Below, piece by piece: positions 51,499 to 61,796 of a DNA stretch of 64,000 nucleotides (positions within the stretch are counted from its first letter, which is position 1; every line of letters starts with the position of its first letter). Source of the DNA: a virus; the IMG/VR virus record IMGVR_UViG_3300030202_002990, positions 18,354 through 82,353 of that record; one strand, 5' to 3'. The translations under genes and the position numbers were made by a program. Under the pieces are notes generated by a model. That model was not told where the DNA came from, did not search any database, and saw only the letters and a list, made by a program, of their open reading frames with translations.

Positions 51499-52056
51499 TC
51501 ATTGGTTGAAAATCTTTTTTCCAATCTTAGAATTTTCTATCTGAGTTAATAAATTTCTAATATCTCGTAAGTCATTTTCTATTTGGTCGAATTGTTTAAC
51601 GATTCTTAAATCTATCTGTTCGAGTTCTTTATTCAACACCGATTCCAAATCTGTTCTAATTCTACTATCAACTTCTTTAATATGATTATTAACAAGTTTA
51701 ATTGTTTCTTTCATATCTAAATCATTATTAAGTGTGATATCCCATTGACTTTCAAGAAGTTTTAATGTCTTCTCTATACGAGTAAGTACGACATTTATTT
51801 CCTCACCATTGTCTATTATCTTTCCAAGTCTATGCATATTATCCACAATCTTATTTAACTCGGCAACATAGAATTGTACCGTTTTAGGATTTGATAATGT
51901 TTCATAAACTTTCAATCGTTTACTTAATTTTTTGTCCATATCGTCTAACTCTATTTGTCGTTTCATATAGACTTCATTATTTTTAATAGTGTATATACTT
52001 TCGACTATTGTTAAAGCCATCCATATTATTACGATAATTTGAAATGTTTTACTCAT
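51499..52056 (-). CDS. Membrane-anchored coiled-coil protein
   Basis: N-terminal TM and long heptad pattern. Confidence 0.5.
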   Translation of the reverse strand: MSKTFQIIVIIWMALTIVESIYTIKNNEVYMKRQIELDDMDKKLSKRLKVYETLSNPKTVQFYVAELNKIVDNMHRLGKIIDNGEEINVVLTRIEKTLKLLESQWDITLNNDLDMKETIKLVNNHIKEVDSRIRTDLESVLNKELEQIDLRIVKQFDQIENDLRDIRNLLTQIENSKIGKKIFNQ

Positions 52057-52599
52057 TATTTTTCTCCTTACTGAGGCTCTATCTCTTCACCATACATAGT
52101 GTATCGAGGTTTTGGTGGTGGTGGTGCATCTGGCTCTTCTATACTATGTACAGCAAATATTTCACCTTTAAATGCACTTAAATGGAATTCTGTATCTTTA
52201 CCATTTGATTTTTGAAACGAATATTCTAATCCATCTGTTAGACTTTCAAATACAGCTGACTCTCCATTTGCATCTGTCCATTGGTCTCCTGGTGGAACTC
52301 GTTTTAACACTAATGTCTTTACTTCTTTTGTAACCATTAAATAACATCTCCTTCTTTCATAGACTTAATTAAATCTAAAGTTATTTTATTGTACTCAGGA
52401 TACTTGGCCAAGGTCTTTAGTAAATTTCCCAAGTACTCAGCTGGTACATGGTCTAACTCCTCATTGAGCATCATTTCTGTAGCCTTAAAAAAGGATTCTA
52501 CTGCAACCTTAACCTCTTCAGGAAAATGAGGTTGTACTTTGTAGTCACCTTTGGATACTCTATCCATAACTTTTTTTTCTTTATCATTCATACATATAA

Positions 52600-52992
52600 C
52601 TATCTAAGTTTAATGTAAATCTTATCTGAACCACCTTCATATGATGCAGTAATGGCAACAGTTTTTCCTTTCATCTCAGGTAAAGGCCCGAACATTGTAT
52701 TGACTTCACCATTTGGTTTTGAATATGTATATGGATTGACAACTTTGAACTCATCTTGTGCAAATCCATTACTCCACCAATACTTCCTATCGGTTTTCCA
52801 AACAACTCTATGATAACCCTTATCCTCAACTACACCAGTTAATCTTACGAGTGTTTGTCGTGAATCATTGAGTTTCAATACATAGGTATTCCTACCTAAC
52901 TTTTTTAACCCATACGAATCAACAGGTTTTATTTTTATCTGTCCATTTAATGTTGCTACTAATAGTAGAAACGAGTATAACCATTTTTTCAT
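52600..52992 (-). CDS. Secreted protein (paralog of 38001..38561)
   Basis: WKTDRKYWW and NPYTYSKPNGEVNTMFGP. Confidence 0.6.
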   Translation of the reverse strand: MKKWLYSFLLLVATLNGQIKIKPVDSYGLKKLGRNTYVLKLNDSRQTLVRLTGVVEDKGYHRVVWKTDRKYWWSNGFAQDEFKVVNPYTYSKPNGEVNTMFGPLPEMKGKTVAITASYEGGSDKIYIKLR

Positions 52993-53019
52993 TTTGTAAC
53001 CTCTTTTTAATTCAATTAG

Positions 53020-53048
53020 AATTTACAAAAAAATATTGATAATGTCAA
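53020..53048 (-). promoter_or_regulatory. Sigma70-type promoter
   Basis: TTGACA-17 nt-TAAATT. Confidence 0.75.
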
Positions 53049-53051
53049 GTA

Positions 53052-53408
53052 TTATTTTAGTGTTGGTGCTATGTTGATATAAAGGATAACACTTGCTAAT
53101 ATTAGTGATATTATTATTCTTTGACTTGGCATTTCATTTAAAAACATAGCCGTTAAAAATGCAAAGGCCATAGTACCTATTCCAAAACCAACAGGTCTGA
53201 CAGCCCAATAATTACCATAGTATTCATAAAACATTCTTGTTGAATAATAAAATAAAATACTTACTGGGATACCACCTAAGATTACCCACCAAATACCTTT
53301 TGCCCATTCCCATCTAAATTGTGCGTTCATATGGAACCAAGCAATTATATTACCCAAAAAACTCATTCCTAATGCCATTACTAATGTGTATAATTTACTA
53401 TCCATCAA
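53052..53408 (-). CDS. Four-TM small membrane protein (DMT/SMR-like)
   Basis: Four hydrophobic helices with 'FLNE.P' before the last helix. Confidence 0.5.
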   Translation of the reverse strand: MMDSKLYTLVMALGMSFLGNIIAWFHMNAQFRWEWAKGIWWVILGGIPVSILFYYSTRMFYEYYGNYWAVRPVGFGIGTMAFAFLTAMFLNEMPSQRIIISLILASVILYINIAPTLK

Positions 53409-54019
53409 TTCTTTCCAAACAAATCTGAGAGTTTTTCACCGAGTTCGGCAGCTAAATCATCACCTGTTATTTTGTCTTCCGTAATTTGTTCTTGTTCCTC
53501 GAATGTATCTCCTATATCAGGATTATGAACTCGGTGTTTTAAATCTGAATTTATAAAATAACAATTATAACAATAGAATTTTATATTGGATGGGTTTTTA
53601 TTCTGTACATCACCATCTACAAAATGAACAATCAATGGACTCAACATATCTGATTTTCTGTATTCACAATATCCACATCCACTACACCTCTGTGGTTTGA
53701 TAAATTCCTTAATCAATTCTTTCTGTAATTTGATTTCCTTATCCAATGGTTTCTTTCCATTCCAAGTAAATTTTCTTACCCTTGTAATTCCAGCGTTACT
53801 TGGATTTGGTTTCCATAAATCATATTGTTTTGCATACTTTTTAAATGTATTATATGCAACATGAAGTGATTGAGCCGCCTTAGTCATACTATCATTCTCA
53901 TTGATAGCTCTTTCAATTTTATGTTTAGGAATTGGTTTATGTAAGTAAGGATTAAATCCTTGTTTTCCTATCTGTGGCATTTTTACTCCTATACCGAGAA
54001 TGATGTTCCACATCCACAA
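53405..54019 (-). CDS. HTH plus HNH-like zinc-finger protein
   Basis: SMTKAAQSLHVAYNTFKKYA, CSGCG...HFVDGD..N....N...CYNC. Confidence 0.6.
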   Translation of the reverse strand: MWMWNIILGIGVKMPQIGKQGFNPYLHKPIPKHKIERAINENDSMTKAAQSLHVAYNTFKKYAKQYDLWKPNPSNAGITRVRKFTWNGKKPLDKEIKLQKELIKEFIKPQRCSGCGYCEYRKSDMLSPLIVHFVDGDVQNKNPSNIKFYCYNCYFINSDLKHRVHNPDIGDTFEEQEQITEDKITGDDLAAELGEKLSDLFGKN

Positions 54020-54351
54020 GTTCTATTAGCTTGAGGATTTGTGAATTTAAAACCACCATTTAAAAGGTCATCACTATAATCTATTTGAGTACCAATTAAA
54101 TAAACAAAACTACTAAATGGTATGATTAATTCTAATTCACCCTCTTTGATTATCTTGTCTTTTTCATTGAGTTCCCTATCAAATTTAATCATCTTGTAGT
54201 TCATTCCACTACAACCACCACCTTCAACACTAAACTCAACTTGTTTGTAACCGACTTGTAATAATCTATTTATTGCACTCTCTGTGATTTCAATATCTTT
54301 AAGTTCAGGTACTTCGAAATTTTCTTGTTCTACTAAATCTCTAGCATCCAT
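53989..54351 (-). CDS. iscA: A-type Fe-S carrier (HesB/IscA/ErpA family)
   Basis: VEGGGCSGMNY...IDY..DLLNGGFKFTNPQANRTCGCGTSF. Confidence 0.92.
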   Translation of the reverse strand: MDARDLVEQENFEVPELKDIEITESAINRLLQVGYKQVEFSVEGGGCSGMNYKMIKFDRELNEKDKIIKEGELELIIPFSSFVYLIGTQIDYSDDLLNGGFKFTNPQANRTCGCGTSFSV

Positions 54352-54594
54352 TATTCTTCTCTCCCATCTGCTTCATCCCAATAGACATCTATTTTATTTT
54401 CTACAAAATCTTCTGGTTGATAAAAATCGTCATCTCCGAAATAATCTATACCATATTCAAAATAATCATTTACATATCTTTGAAAGTCTTTCGGGCCTAT
54501 AAACAAGCCTGACATCATATCTCTTGGTTTAGAGTTTCTACGCTCAGGTTTAATATTATCTGCCTGCATCCTTCTCCAAATATAATGTCCGAGT

Positions 54595-55188
54595 TTATTG
54601 TGCATTTATTAGTTCTATTGCTTCCTTTATATTATTTACTCTACTACTTGATTTAACTTTTTCATTCCATCTTTGATTCATAAGTAAAAAGTTTTTATCA
54701 CCACCTCTACCATTCTTCCAATATTTCCAATTGTTTGGTGAATCATCTATTAAGTAATCACACTCCACCATCCATTTTTTCATACCCTTTCTGAAATAAA
54801 CAGTTTGAAAGTTTAAACCATACTTACCCAACCATGTTAATGTGTGGTGTGAACAAGTTGGATGTTGAGATGTAATACAAACAAATGTATGTTCGTCTTT
54901 AGCTATCTCTTCTTTTAATGTTTTGATTTCATCCTCAAATGGTGTTCCATTACTTAAGATAGTATCGGCATGTTCTTCTCTGTAAATTCTTTTTATTTCT
55001 TCTCTTGAGGCATCAAAACTATCTTCTAAATCCCAATCGGTCATTTCTTTCATCACTTCTTCAACAGAATAAACATTCTCTGAACCAGGTTTTATATATT
55101 GAGGATAATGTTTTTTTATTGTGGAGTATAGGTCATATGAAAAATTCCTAATGACACCATCTACATCCACACCTATTTTATACTTCAT
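54595..55188 (-). CDS. 5'(3')-deoxyribonucleotidase (HAD)
   Basis: IGVDVDGV, ITSQ, K..VECDYLIDDSP.N. Confidence 0.85.
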   Translation of the reverse strand: MKYKIGVDVDGVIRNFSYDLYSTIKKHYPQYIKPGSENVYSVEEVMKEMTDWDLEDSFDASREEIKRIYREEHADTILSNGTPFEDEIKTLKEEIAKDEHTFVCITSQHPTCSHHTLTWLGKYGLNFQTVYFRKGMKKWMVECDYLIDDSPNNWKYWKNGRGGDKNFLLMNQRWNEKVKSSSRVNNIKEAIELINAQ

Positions 55189-55361
55189 TTCTTATTCCTT
55201 TCTTGTATCTGTAATACCTTTACCATCTCGTCCCACCTTGCATCTCTTTCGTCTCTTTTCCTTTGTACATCAGGACCCCATTGTTCCATAAAGGTTTTTA
55301 ATTTCTTTTCGAGTTTTCTAACTCTATTGTCTAATCTTCCGATTTTGTCTTGTTGTTTCAT

Positions 55362-55589
55362 TTAATTAGTCTCAAAGCTATCCCATCTATCTTCTTCCAT
55401 TTCCTCTAATAGTGCCTCTATGACTTCTTTAGCCACACCATGATTAAAAGAAATACCTTTTTTAGTTGGTCTGTATTCTTGTGTTACCTTATCCAAAAAG
55501 TAAACCCTACAATCGAGAAACTTATTCCCTTTGTATTCCTTACTTTCTACTCTAATAATCTCTTGACTATTCTTTTTAATTTCCTTCAT
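55362..55589 (-). CDS. PC4/YdbC-like ssDNA-binding protein
   Basis: EIIRVESKEYKGNKFLDCRVYF......PTKKGISF. Confidence 0.8.
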   Translation of the reverse strand: MKEIKKNSQEIIRVESKEYKGNKFLDCRVYFLDKVTQEYRPTKKGISFNHGVAKEVIEALLEEMEEDRWDSFETN

Positions 55590-55606
55590 AAGTCCTTTCC
55601 TATGTA

Positions 55607-55999
55607 TTAATTATCTTCAACGAAATCATGTTGTCCATTATTTAATGCCTTTTTTGGGTCGTATTCGTTTCCGTGTATATCACGAACAGTTTTATCCCAC
55701 TTTGGATACCATATTAATTCTACCTTATTACCACTTGGGTCATCTATGTATCTACTAATTGTATGGTCACGGTGGTACAACCAATTACTACCATTACCTT
55801 GTATCCCATCTATTTCAAATGCTATATGGTATGGGTGTTCATCTTCAACCACAAGGGCTAATTTAATGTTACCAAATTGTAACATAGCCCAAGAATCATC
55901 TGAATAGATAATAGAACATCCATAATTTTCTACATACCAATCAACTGATTCTTTTATGTTATTTACTTGTAGTGCTATATGGTCTATATTTTTTTTCAT
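55607..55999 (-). CDS. VOC/glyoxalase family protein
   Basis: IDHIALQV...HIAFE...YIDDPSGNKVELI. Confidence 0.85.
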   Translation of the reverse strand: MKKNIDHIALQVNNIKESVDWYVENYGCSIIYSDDSWAMLQFGNIKLALVVEDEHPYHIAFEIDGIQGNGSNWLYHRDHTISRYIDDPSGNKVELIWYPKWDKTVRDIHGNEYDPKKALNNGQHDFVEDN

Positions 56000-56976
56000 A
56001 AATATGCTCTTGGTGAAGGTAAATCACCATAGTGGTCTACCAAATGTATTGACTTATACTTATCTACGGCCAGTTCCTTATGTTTAGCTTCAATCATAAC
56101 ATCAATGTCATTACCATAATTATCAATGAAGTCGTAAACATAATCAGAATGTGCCTGTGGTCTAATCTTTGAATCTTCTTGTTCCTTACTACGACTCTCC
56201 GAATAATGAACAACTGGCGTAATACCTTTGGGCCATGTTGAGATAGCCATTTCAAGTGCTTCTTGTTCTGACATATCACCAGTACAAAACTTGTGGTGGT
56301 GATAATCAAATACAATAGGTACACCAACTTTTTTGTAAATACCTTCGTATAAATCTTTTACACTATACATAGAAGCTTTGTCATCATTCTCTAATGTCAA
56401 TCTACTACTAACACTCTCAGGTAGTCTTGGAAAGTTTTTAACAAATCGTTTCATACTTGCTTCTTTGTCCCCATAAGCTCCACCCAAGTGAATATTAATT
56501 TTGTTGTATGGTGTTCTTGATAATCCCATCATATCAAACTCATCTCCGTGAATCGTCAAGTCTTTAATACAATTATCTACCACATGGTCTTTAGGACTTA
56601 CCAATACATTGAAAGGACCAGGATGTGAAGTCAACCTCACATTATGTGTTTTTGCCATTGTACCAGCTGAATGAAAGTATAATTTAATTTCATCCAAGTC
56701 TTTCAAATCTTCCCAATCATATTCTGTCTTCCACGGTGCCAGTCCACTACTCATTCGGTAGAAATCATAACCTTCTAAAATATTCCAACTAATAATTCCA
56801 TTCAAGTCTTTAACATTTTGTAAAGTCAATTCACTTGCATAATCTACACCTTTTGTATCAAATGTTCTACGAATCATCGTTCTACCAGTTGTGATTGGTT
56901 GAACTCCTTTTTCCTTACCACCATACTCTTGTGGATAGGATAGTTTCATACTAATACATGCATAACCATATCTCAT
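55996..56976 (-). CDS. uvsE: UV damage endonuclease
   Basis: RYGYACI, FYRMSS, SHPGPF, NIHLGG, LENDD, DYHHH, HYSES, AHSD, MIEAKHKE. Confidence 0.93.
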   Translation of the reverse strand: MRYGYACISMKLSYPQEYGGKEKGVQPITTGRTMIRRTFDTKGVDYASELTLQNVKDLNGIISWNILEGYDFYRMSSGLAPWKTEYDWEDLKDLDEIKLYFHSAGTMAKTHNVRLTSHPGPFNVLVSPKDHVVDNCIKDLTIHGDEFDMMGLSRTPYNKINIHLGGAYGDKEASMKRFVKNFPRLPESVSSRLTLENDDKASMYSVKDLYEGIYKKVGVPIVFDYHHHKFCTGDMSEQEALEMAISTWPKGITPVVHYSESRSKEQEDSKIRPQAHSDYVYDFIDNYGNDIDVMIEAKHKELAVDKYKSIHLVDHYGDLPSPRAYL

Positions 56977-57003
56977 TTATAACCTCTTAATTTTTATTCT
57001 TAG

Positions 57004-57032
57004 AACTTACGAATAATTTTTGACAAAGTCAA
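57004..57032 (-). promoter_or_regulatory. Sigma70-type promoter
   Basis: TTGACT-17 nt-TAAGTT upstream of uvsE. Confidence 0.7.
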
Positions 57033-57580
57033 GTATTATTTTTTAAAATCTTCTTCATCAAATATCGGTCTTTTCTTTTTCTCTATCAAATCAGGATAGT
57101 TTTCTTCAAAAAACCCTCTCGTCTTTTTAATCATAACACTTGCCACTTGTTGTCTAACTTCTTGTTGACTCCAATCTGCACCTTTGAATCCATCGAATAA
57201 CATTTGATAATACTGCATAATATTCAACCAATCCAACTCGGTTAATTTTCTTATCTCTTTAGGTTTCTCTGGTTCGGGTGGTGGTAATTTAAAATTCTCA
57301 CCTTTTCTTGTTAGTTCTGCTGAAACATGCACATTTGTTCCACCTATGTGGTTTGGTGGGTTAAACTTAACTTCACCATTAAAATCCATGTGGTCTAACT
57401 TATCTAACACCTTCTCAAAACATTCTTCAAAGTATTCATTCCAACTCTGTCCTTTTTTCGCTCCCATATAACTTCTCCTACCATTCTTCACGCCGTCCAA
57501 AGTTATTCTTTTCTATACGCCGTTTCAAATGTCGTTTGTACATATACATAAATATAAGCTTACGCAGTAAATCTATCTTA

Positions 57581-58054
57581 TCACTTACCAGTTGAACCAA
57601 ACCCACCACTACCTCTCTTTGTGTCATCTAATTCACTTACCAATTCAATACTGATTGGTTTTAATGATGGATGAACTAATTGAAATAATCTTTCTTTAGG
57701 TTTAATGATATAATCCTCATTAGAACGATTATCTACTGGAACCATAATCCTACCACGATAACCACTATCGATAATACCAATATTATTAGCTTGTCGTAAT
57801 GGTGTTCTGAATATACTACTTCTTGGAACTAACATAAAACTCGTTGGTTCTTCAAATAAGTGTCCATCATCTAATTCATGAACATGAACCATCTTACAAT
57901 TGATTTCGAAATCAACAAGTAAGGTTTCTCCCATTGGTACATTGACTCGGTTTGGAAAAAATAAATCCACACCAGCATCTCCATCGAGATTTATCTTACT
58001 TTGGTAAAGCTTACTACCATCTGTTTTAATATATAATCTAATAAAATCCATCAC
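57581..58054 (-). CDS. dut: Trimeric dUTPase
   Basis: AGVDL, PRSS, GIIDSGYRG, RLFQ, RGSGGFGSTG. Confidence 0.95.
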   Translation of the reverse strand: MMDFIRLYIKTDGSKLYQSKINLDGDAGVDLFFPNRVNVPMGETLLVDFEINCKMVHVHELDDGHLFEEPTSFMLVPRSSIFRTPLRQANNIGIIDSGYRGRIMVPVDNRSNEDYIIKPKERLFQLVHPSLKPISIELVSELDDTKRGSGGFGSTGK

Positions 58055-58524
58055 TTCCTCTTCTTTATATCTTTGTTTGTTTTTTCTCTATGACATGGTT
58101 TACATAAGGTTTGCATATTATCCAAACCATAGTATGTCCAATCCAACTTACTTTTCTTCACACCCTTCTGTTCCAATAAAGGTCTGATGTGGTCTAAGTC
58201 CCAACCTCGTCTCGTACATTGTTTACCACATGATTTACACTTACCTCTATCTCGTAACCAAACATGGCGTCTTGCCTCACCTGAATGGTAGATGACCATA
58301 TACTTGGTAGCACAATCTTCATGCCAAGTTTTTCTCATATTGATTTCCTTACCTCGTCTTTCGGTTGGTGTCTTGGTGATTTTCTTACCACACCATCGAC
58401 ACTCACCTTTCTTCTTCGTCCAATACGAGTTGGGTTTGGGTGGCTGTCTAAAATTACCATCCCATTCCTCTTTCTCTTTTCCATGAGTGAGTTTGTGTCT
58501 CCTTGACCAACCACTTAACGGCAT
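58051..58524 (-). CDS. HNH endonuclease
   Basis: RDRGKCKSC...DLDHIRPL...NMQTLCKPCH..KT. Confidence 0.88.
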   Translation of the reverse strand: MPLSGWSRRHKLTHGKEKEEWDGNFRQPPKPNSYWTKKKGECRWCGKKITKTPTERRGKEINMRKTWHEDCATKYMVIYHSGEARRHVWLRDRGKCKSCGKQCTRRGWDLDHIRPLLEQKGVKKSKLDWTYYGLDNMQTLCKPCHREKTNKDIKKRK

Positions 58525-58536
58525 CTATTTTCCTTG

Positions 58537-58607
58537 AGTCGTGGGTGAGATTTGAACTCACATACACGGGTTTGCAATCCGCTACCTAACCATTCGGACA
58601 CCACGAC
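58537..58607 (-). tRNA. tRNA-Cys(GCA)
   Basis: GTCGTGG...GGATT-GCA-AACCCG...GTTCAAATC...CCACGAC-T. U73 discriminator, CCA not encoded. Confidence 0.9.
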
Positions 58608-58639
58608 ATTTGTCATACAACTATTCGTTAGGCACAATA

Positions 58640-59206
58640 CTACCATAATATTTCACCGACATCTAAAGTGCTTCTAACTGGCTTGGTGTCTTTAGTTTTT
58701 TGTATTAATAGCACACCTAAAGAGAAACCGCTTTGTCTCCAATTTCCTATTCTTCTAAAGTATGGAGACTCCGTTAAATATATTTTTGTTAATTGATAAC
58801 CGTTATCTTTTAGGTAGTTTAGCTTACCATTCATCCAAATAGTATTAATAGTAACAAGAAGTGCTATATTTTCAATATCAAGTTCAATTCCTTTCTTAAT
58901 AAACTTGAACACTTTTGAAAACGGTGGGTTTGTTATCATCCAATCAGCGTTTGTGGTTTCTTTATCAAAAAAATCAATTCCTTTATTAATTTCACACCAC
59001 TCAAAAACTAATCCATATTTAGATACTGCCCTTGTAAAAGCACCTTCTCCCATACAGGGTTCTAATACAATACCTTTGGGTTTTAATTCTTGAACTATTG
59101 CATTTGCTAATTCATCAGGAGTATATATCTTATCCTCTCCATTATAACTTGTTAATTTTCTTCCCATAATCCAATCCGTACCGTGCCTAACAATGTATAA
59201 AAACAA
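58640..59206 (-). CDS. DNA adenine methyltransferase (small, gamma-like)
   Basis: YTP, LEPCMGEGAF, ITNPPFS. Confidence 0.8.
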   Translation of the reverse strand: MFLYIVRHGTDWIMGRKLTSYNGEDKIYTPDELANAIVQELKPKGIVLEPCMGEGAFTRAVSKYGLVFEWCEINKGIDFFDKETTNADWMITNPPFSKVFKFIKKGIELDIENIALLVTINTIWMNGKLNYLKDNGYQLTKIYLTESPYFRRIGNWRQSGFSLGVLLIQKTKDTKPVRSTLDVGEILW

Positions 59207-59273
59207 AAGCTATTTTAGGCTGTTTATAAGGCTTCTGCTTGTTTATTAATATAGTTCTTTAATCAATCTTTTG

Positions 59274-59347
59274 TGGAGCTGACTGGACTTGAACCAGCGA
59301 CCTCTTCAGTGCAAGTGAAGCGTTCTCCCAAACTGAACTACAGCCCC
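59274..59347 (-). tRNA. tRNA-Ala(TGC)
   Basis: GGGGCTGTAGTTCAG...CTTCA-CTTGCAC-TGAAG...GGTTCAAGTCC...CAGCTCCA, with G3.U70. Confidence 0.95.
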
Positions 59348-59351
59348 ATAT

Positions 59352-59888
59352 TTAAATTTTGAAATAATTTCCACTTATAGATATCCTCGTATCATCAGTA
59401 ACATTTCTTGAAGTATAGTGTGGCATCCAAGTAGGAAATATAACTAAATCACCAACTCTTGGTTCCATACTCAAACACACTCGTTTACCCAAAACCTCAA
59501 AATCAAATATCAGATTACCTGATTGTTTGGTATACTTAGTATAATATACAAATGATAAACCATCTCGACCTTCTTTGTGGTTGTGATACATAGTTGATTG
59601 TCCTGGATGTAATATATGTGCCCAAAATGTATCCAACTGTAAAAAGGGGTCAACCTTAGTTTTTACTTCTGAATCTATTTTAAATAATAGATGGTCTACA
59701 CTTTCTGAATTAGGTACATATGTGTCTTCGTAATGTGATTGTAATGGGTTGACATCCAATCTATTATTTTTATTTGATAACACCTCTTCATTTATCTTAT
59801 CATTATCTATACCTTCAAGGTGAAGAATATTACCAGGATTACTCGCAGTAATACCAGTATAATCAAAGTTTAATTTCATAACACTCAT
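59352..59888 (-). CDS. 2OG-Fe(II) oxygenase
   Basis: W.......HNH....LSFVYY...GDLVIFPTWMPH...RISISGN. Confidence 0.85.
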   Translation of the reverse strand: MSVMKLNFDYTGITASNPGNILHLEGIDNDKINEEVLSNKNNRLDVNPLQSHYEDTYVPNSESVDHLLFKIDSEVKTKVDPFLQLDTFWAHILHPGQSTMYHNHKEGRDGLSFVYYTKYTKQSGNLIFDFEVLGKRVCLSMEPRVGDLVIFPTWMPHYTSRNVTDDTRISISGNYFKI

Positions 59889-60425
59889 ACATCCTCCTCT
59901 GGATATTGGTTTCTTGGGTCTTCTTCATTGGGTAATCTGATTCCCATTTCCCATAACATATTTTCAAATTCAATATAATCCAACTCATCGTTAGCCTCAC
60001 CTGTCGGATAGTTGGAACATTGTATAATACTCTTAATCATATATCTTAATACAGCGTCTTTTTTCTTACCCTCATCTACTAATTCTAAGGCGGATAACAA
60101 TTTAACTGTATGGTTTAATAACTCACCATCTACAACATATAGTAAGTTATCTACAAAAAATTTTTTCTTCATTTGCTACTCATGTATGATGTAATGTCAT
60201 CAATGTTATGTTCGTTACCATTCATATCTTTAAATACAGTTGGTAACTCTTCATACTTATATGGTGGAAACTTACCATGTGCATTCATAGTTCCCTTTAA
60301 TCTATATGGTGGACAATTACTTAAATCACATTCATCCCATTGTACTTTTCCATCCACACCTTTGATTTCCATGATAGGTTTTGAACCATTAAATAAATGT
60401 CTTTGTGCTAATGTTATTTTCATAA

Positions 60426-60899
60426 TTAATATCTACTTTTTAATTTATATCTTTCTTGTAAATTATCGACATATTCTTTTGACTCTTTTAATGAGGGTCC
60501 CTTTACTTCACCGTTTTTATCCACCACACCCATCTTTTTCCGATAGTGTTTAATAGCATTAATCTTCTGACCTTTCATAATCAACTCTTTCAATACCTCG
60601 TCTAAGTATCCAGCCTCGATATCCGTTATATCAACTTCACCGTTTTTGACTCTCTTTCTAAAGTTAAAAATACGATTAGCTTCTATCATCAATTGTGACA
60701 TATCATGAATGTCTCTCTCGTTCAATTGTCTCATCATCTCTTCAATATCTATCTGGTCTTGTTGAAATAAATAGTTGTCATTTAATTCATAACCCATAAC
60801 TTCTGGCTGAGTATCGGTTATCAAATCCCTAAGAGTTTCTATTCTCTCAACAACTATGTCGTATACTCGCTCTTCACTTTTTGAAAAACTACTCTTCAA
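60426..60899 (-). CDS. Protein with ribosomal L7/L12 C-terminal-like domain
   Basis: GQKINAIKHYRKKMG...SLKESKEYVD matches the KIxxIKxxRxxxGLxLKEAKxxVD pattern. Confidence 0.65.
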   Translation of the reverse strand: MKSSFSKSEERVYDIVVERIETLRDLITDTQPEVMGYELNDNYLFQQDQIDIEEMMRQLNERDIHDMSQLMIEANRIFNFRKRVKNGEVDITDIEAGYLDEVLKELIMKGQKINAIKHYRKKMGVVDKNGEVKGPSLKESKEYVDNLQERYKLKSRY

Positions 60900-61025
60900 G
60901 ATTTAAGACCATTCTTTCCAATTCATCAATTGTAGCTTCGAGTTGTACTCGATTATGTGAATCACTATTCTTCATATCATCCAATATAGAATAGAGTTCA
61001 CTTATTATTTTAATTAGGTCTGCTT

Positions 61026-61346
61026 TCATTTTATCACTCCAAATAAATTTGAATATTTCATTAATTTTAATTTCTTTAAATTAGAACCATTGGTTAATTC
61101 CATAGTTGTAATTATTTTATTTTCAATCATTAAATCTATCATACATTTTACATCACACAATTCTTGTATCAAACTATCGTTCTTTTCGTATGTACCACAT
61201 CTTATAGCCTTACTACAAGCCTGTATCAGTTCTCCACACTCTTCCATAGTGATGGTCATTAGTTCTTGTCTCTTACTTTTAAATTCACTCATCGAATAAC
61301 TCCAATTGATTTGTATTAGGTTTATACGGGTTGAACCAATTACCAT
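61026..61346 (-). CDS. MazG-like NTP pyrophosphohydrolase
   Basis: MEECGELIQACSK...LIQELCDV. Real start is probably MSEFK. Confidence 0.75.
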   Translation of the reverse strand: MVIGSTRINLIQINWSYSMSEFKSKRQELMTITMEECGELIQACSKAIRCGTYEKNDSLIQELCDVKCMIDLMIENKIITTMELTNGSNLKKLKLMKYSNLFGVIK

Positions 61347-61796
61347 CTTCGTCTACCCAAGCGTTCCAACAACCTTGATTTTCTGCTCTACTATCGTTCT
61401 CATCGTACATTAGATTTAATTGTATGGTGTGTAACATCTCATAATCTAATGGGTCTAATGACTCCAATGTAATTGGTAATTTACTATGTCTTATTTTTTT
61501 CATACTTACTACAATCCTTTATACATTATATCTTTTATACAATTCGTTTACTTCTATCATATGTTTCTTTTTGATAAACCATTTACTCTTATTAAGAAAG
61601 TTTGGAGCGTAATATCTAAACAACTCTTTTAGTCTATCATACCTATCCATATCCTTACTATATTGTCTACCTTCAGGTGAATCAATATTTAGATTACGAT
61701 TCTTCTTTGCCCAATTATCCATGGCCATTTGAAGAACCCTAAACTTATTCTCATAGCTACCATCGGTCTCCACGATAACTCCACCTACATTATATT

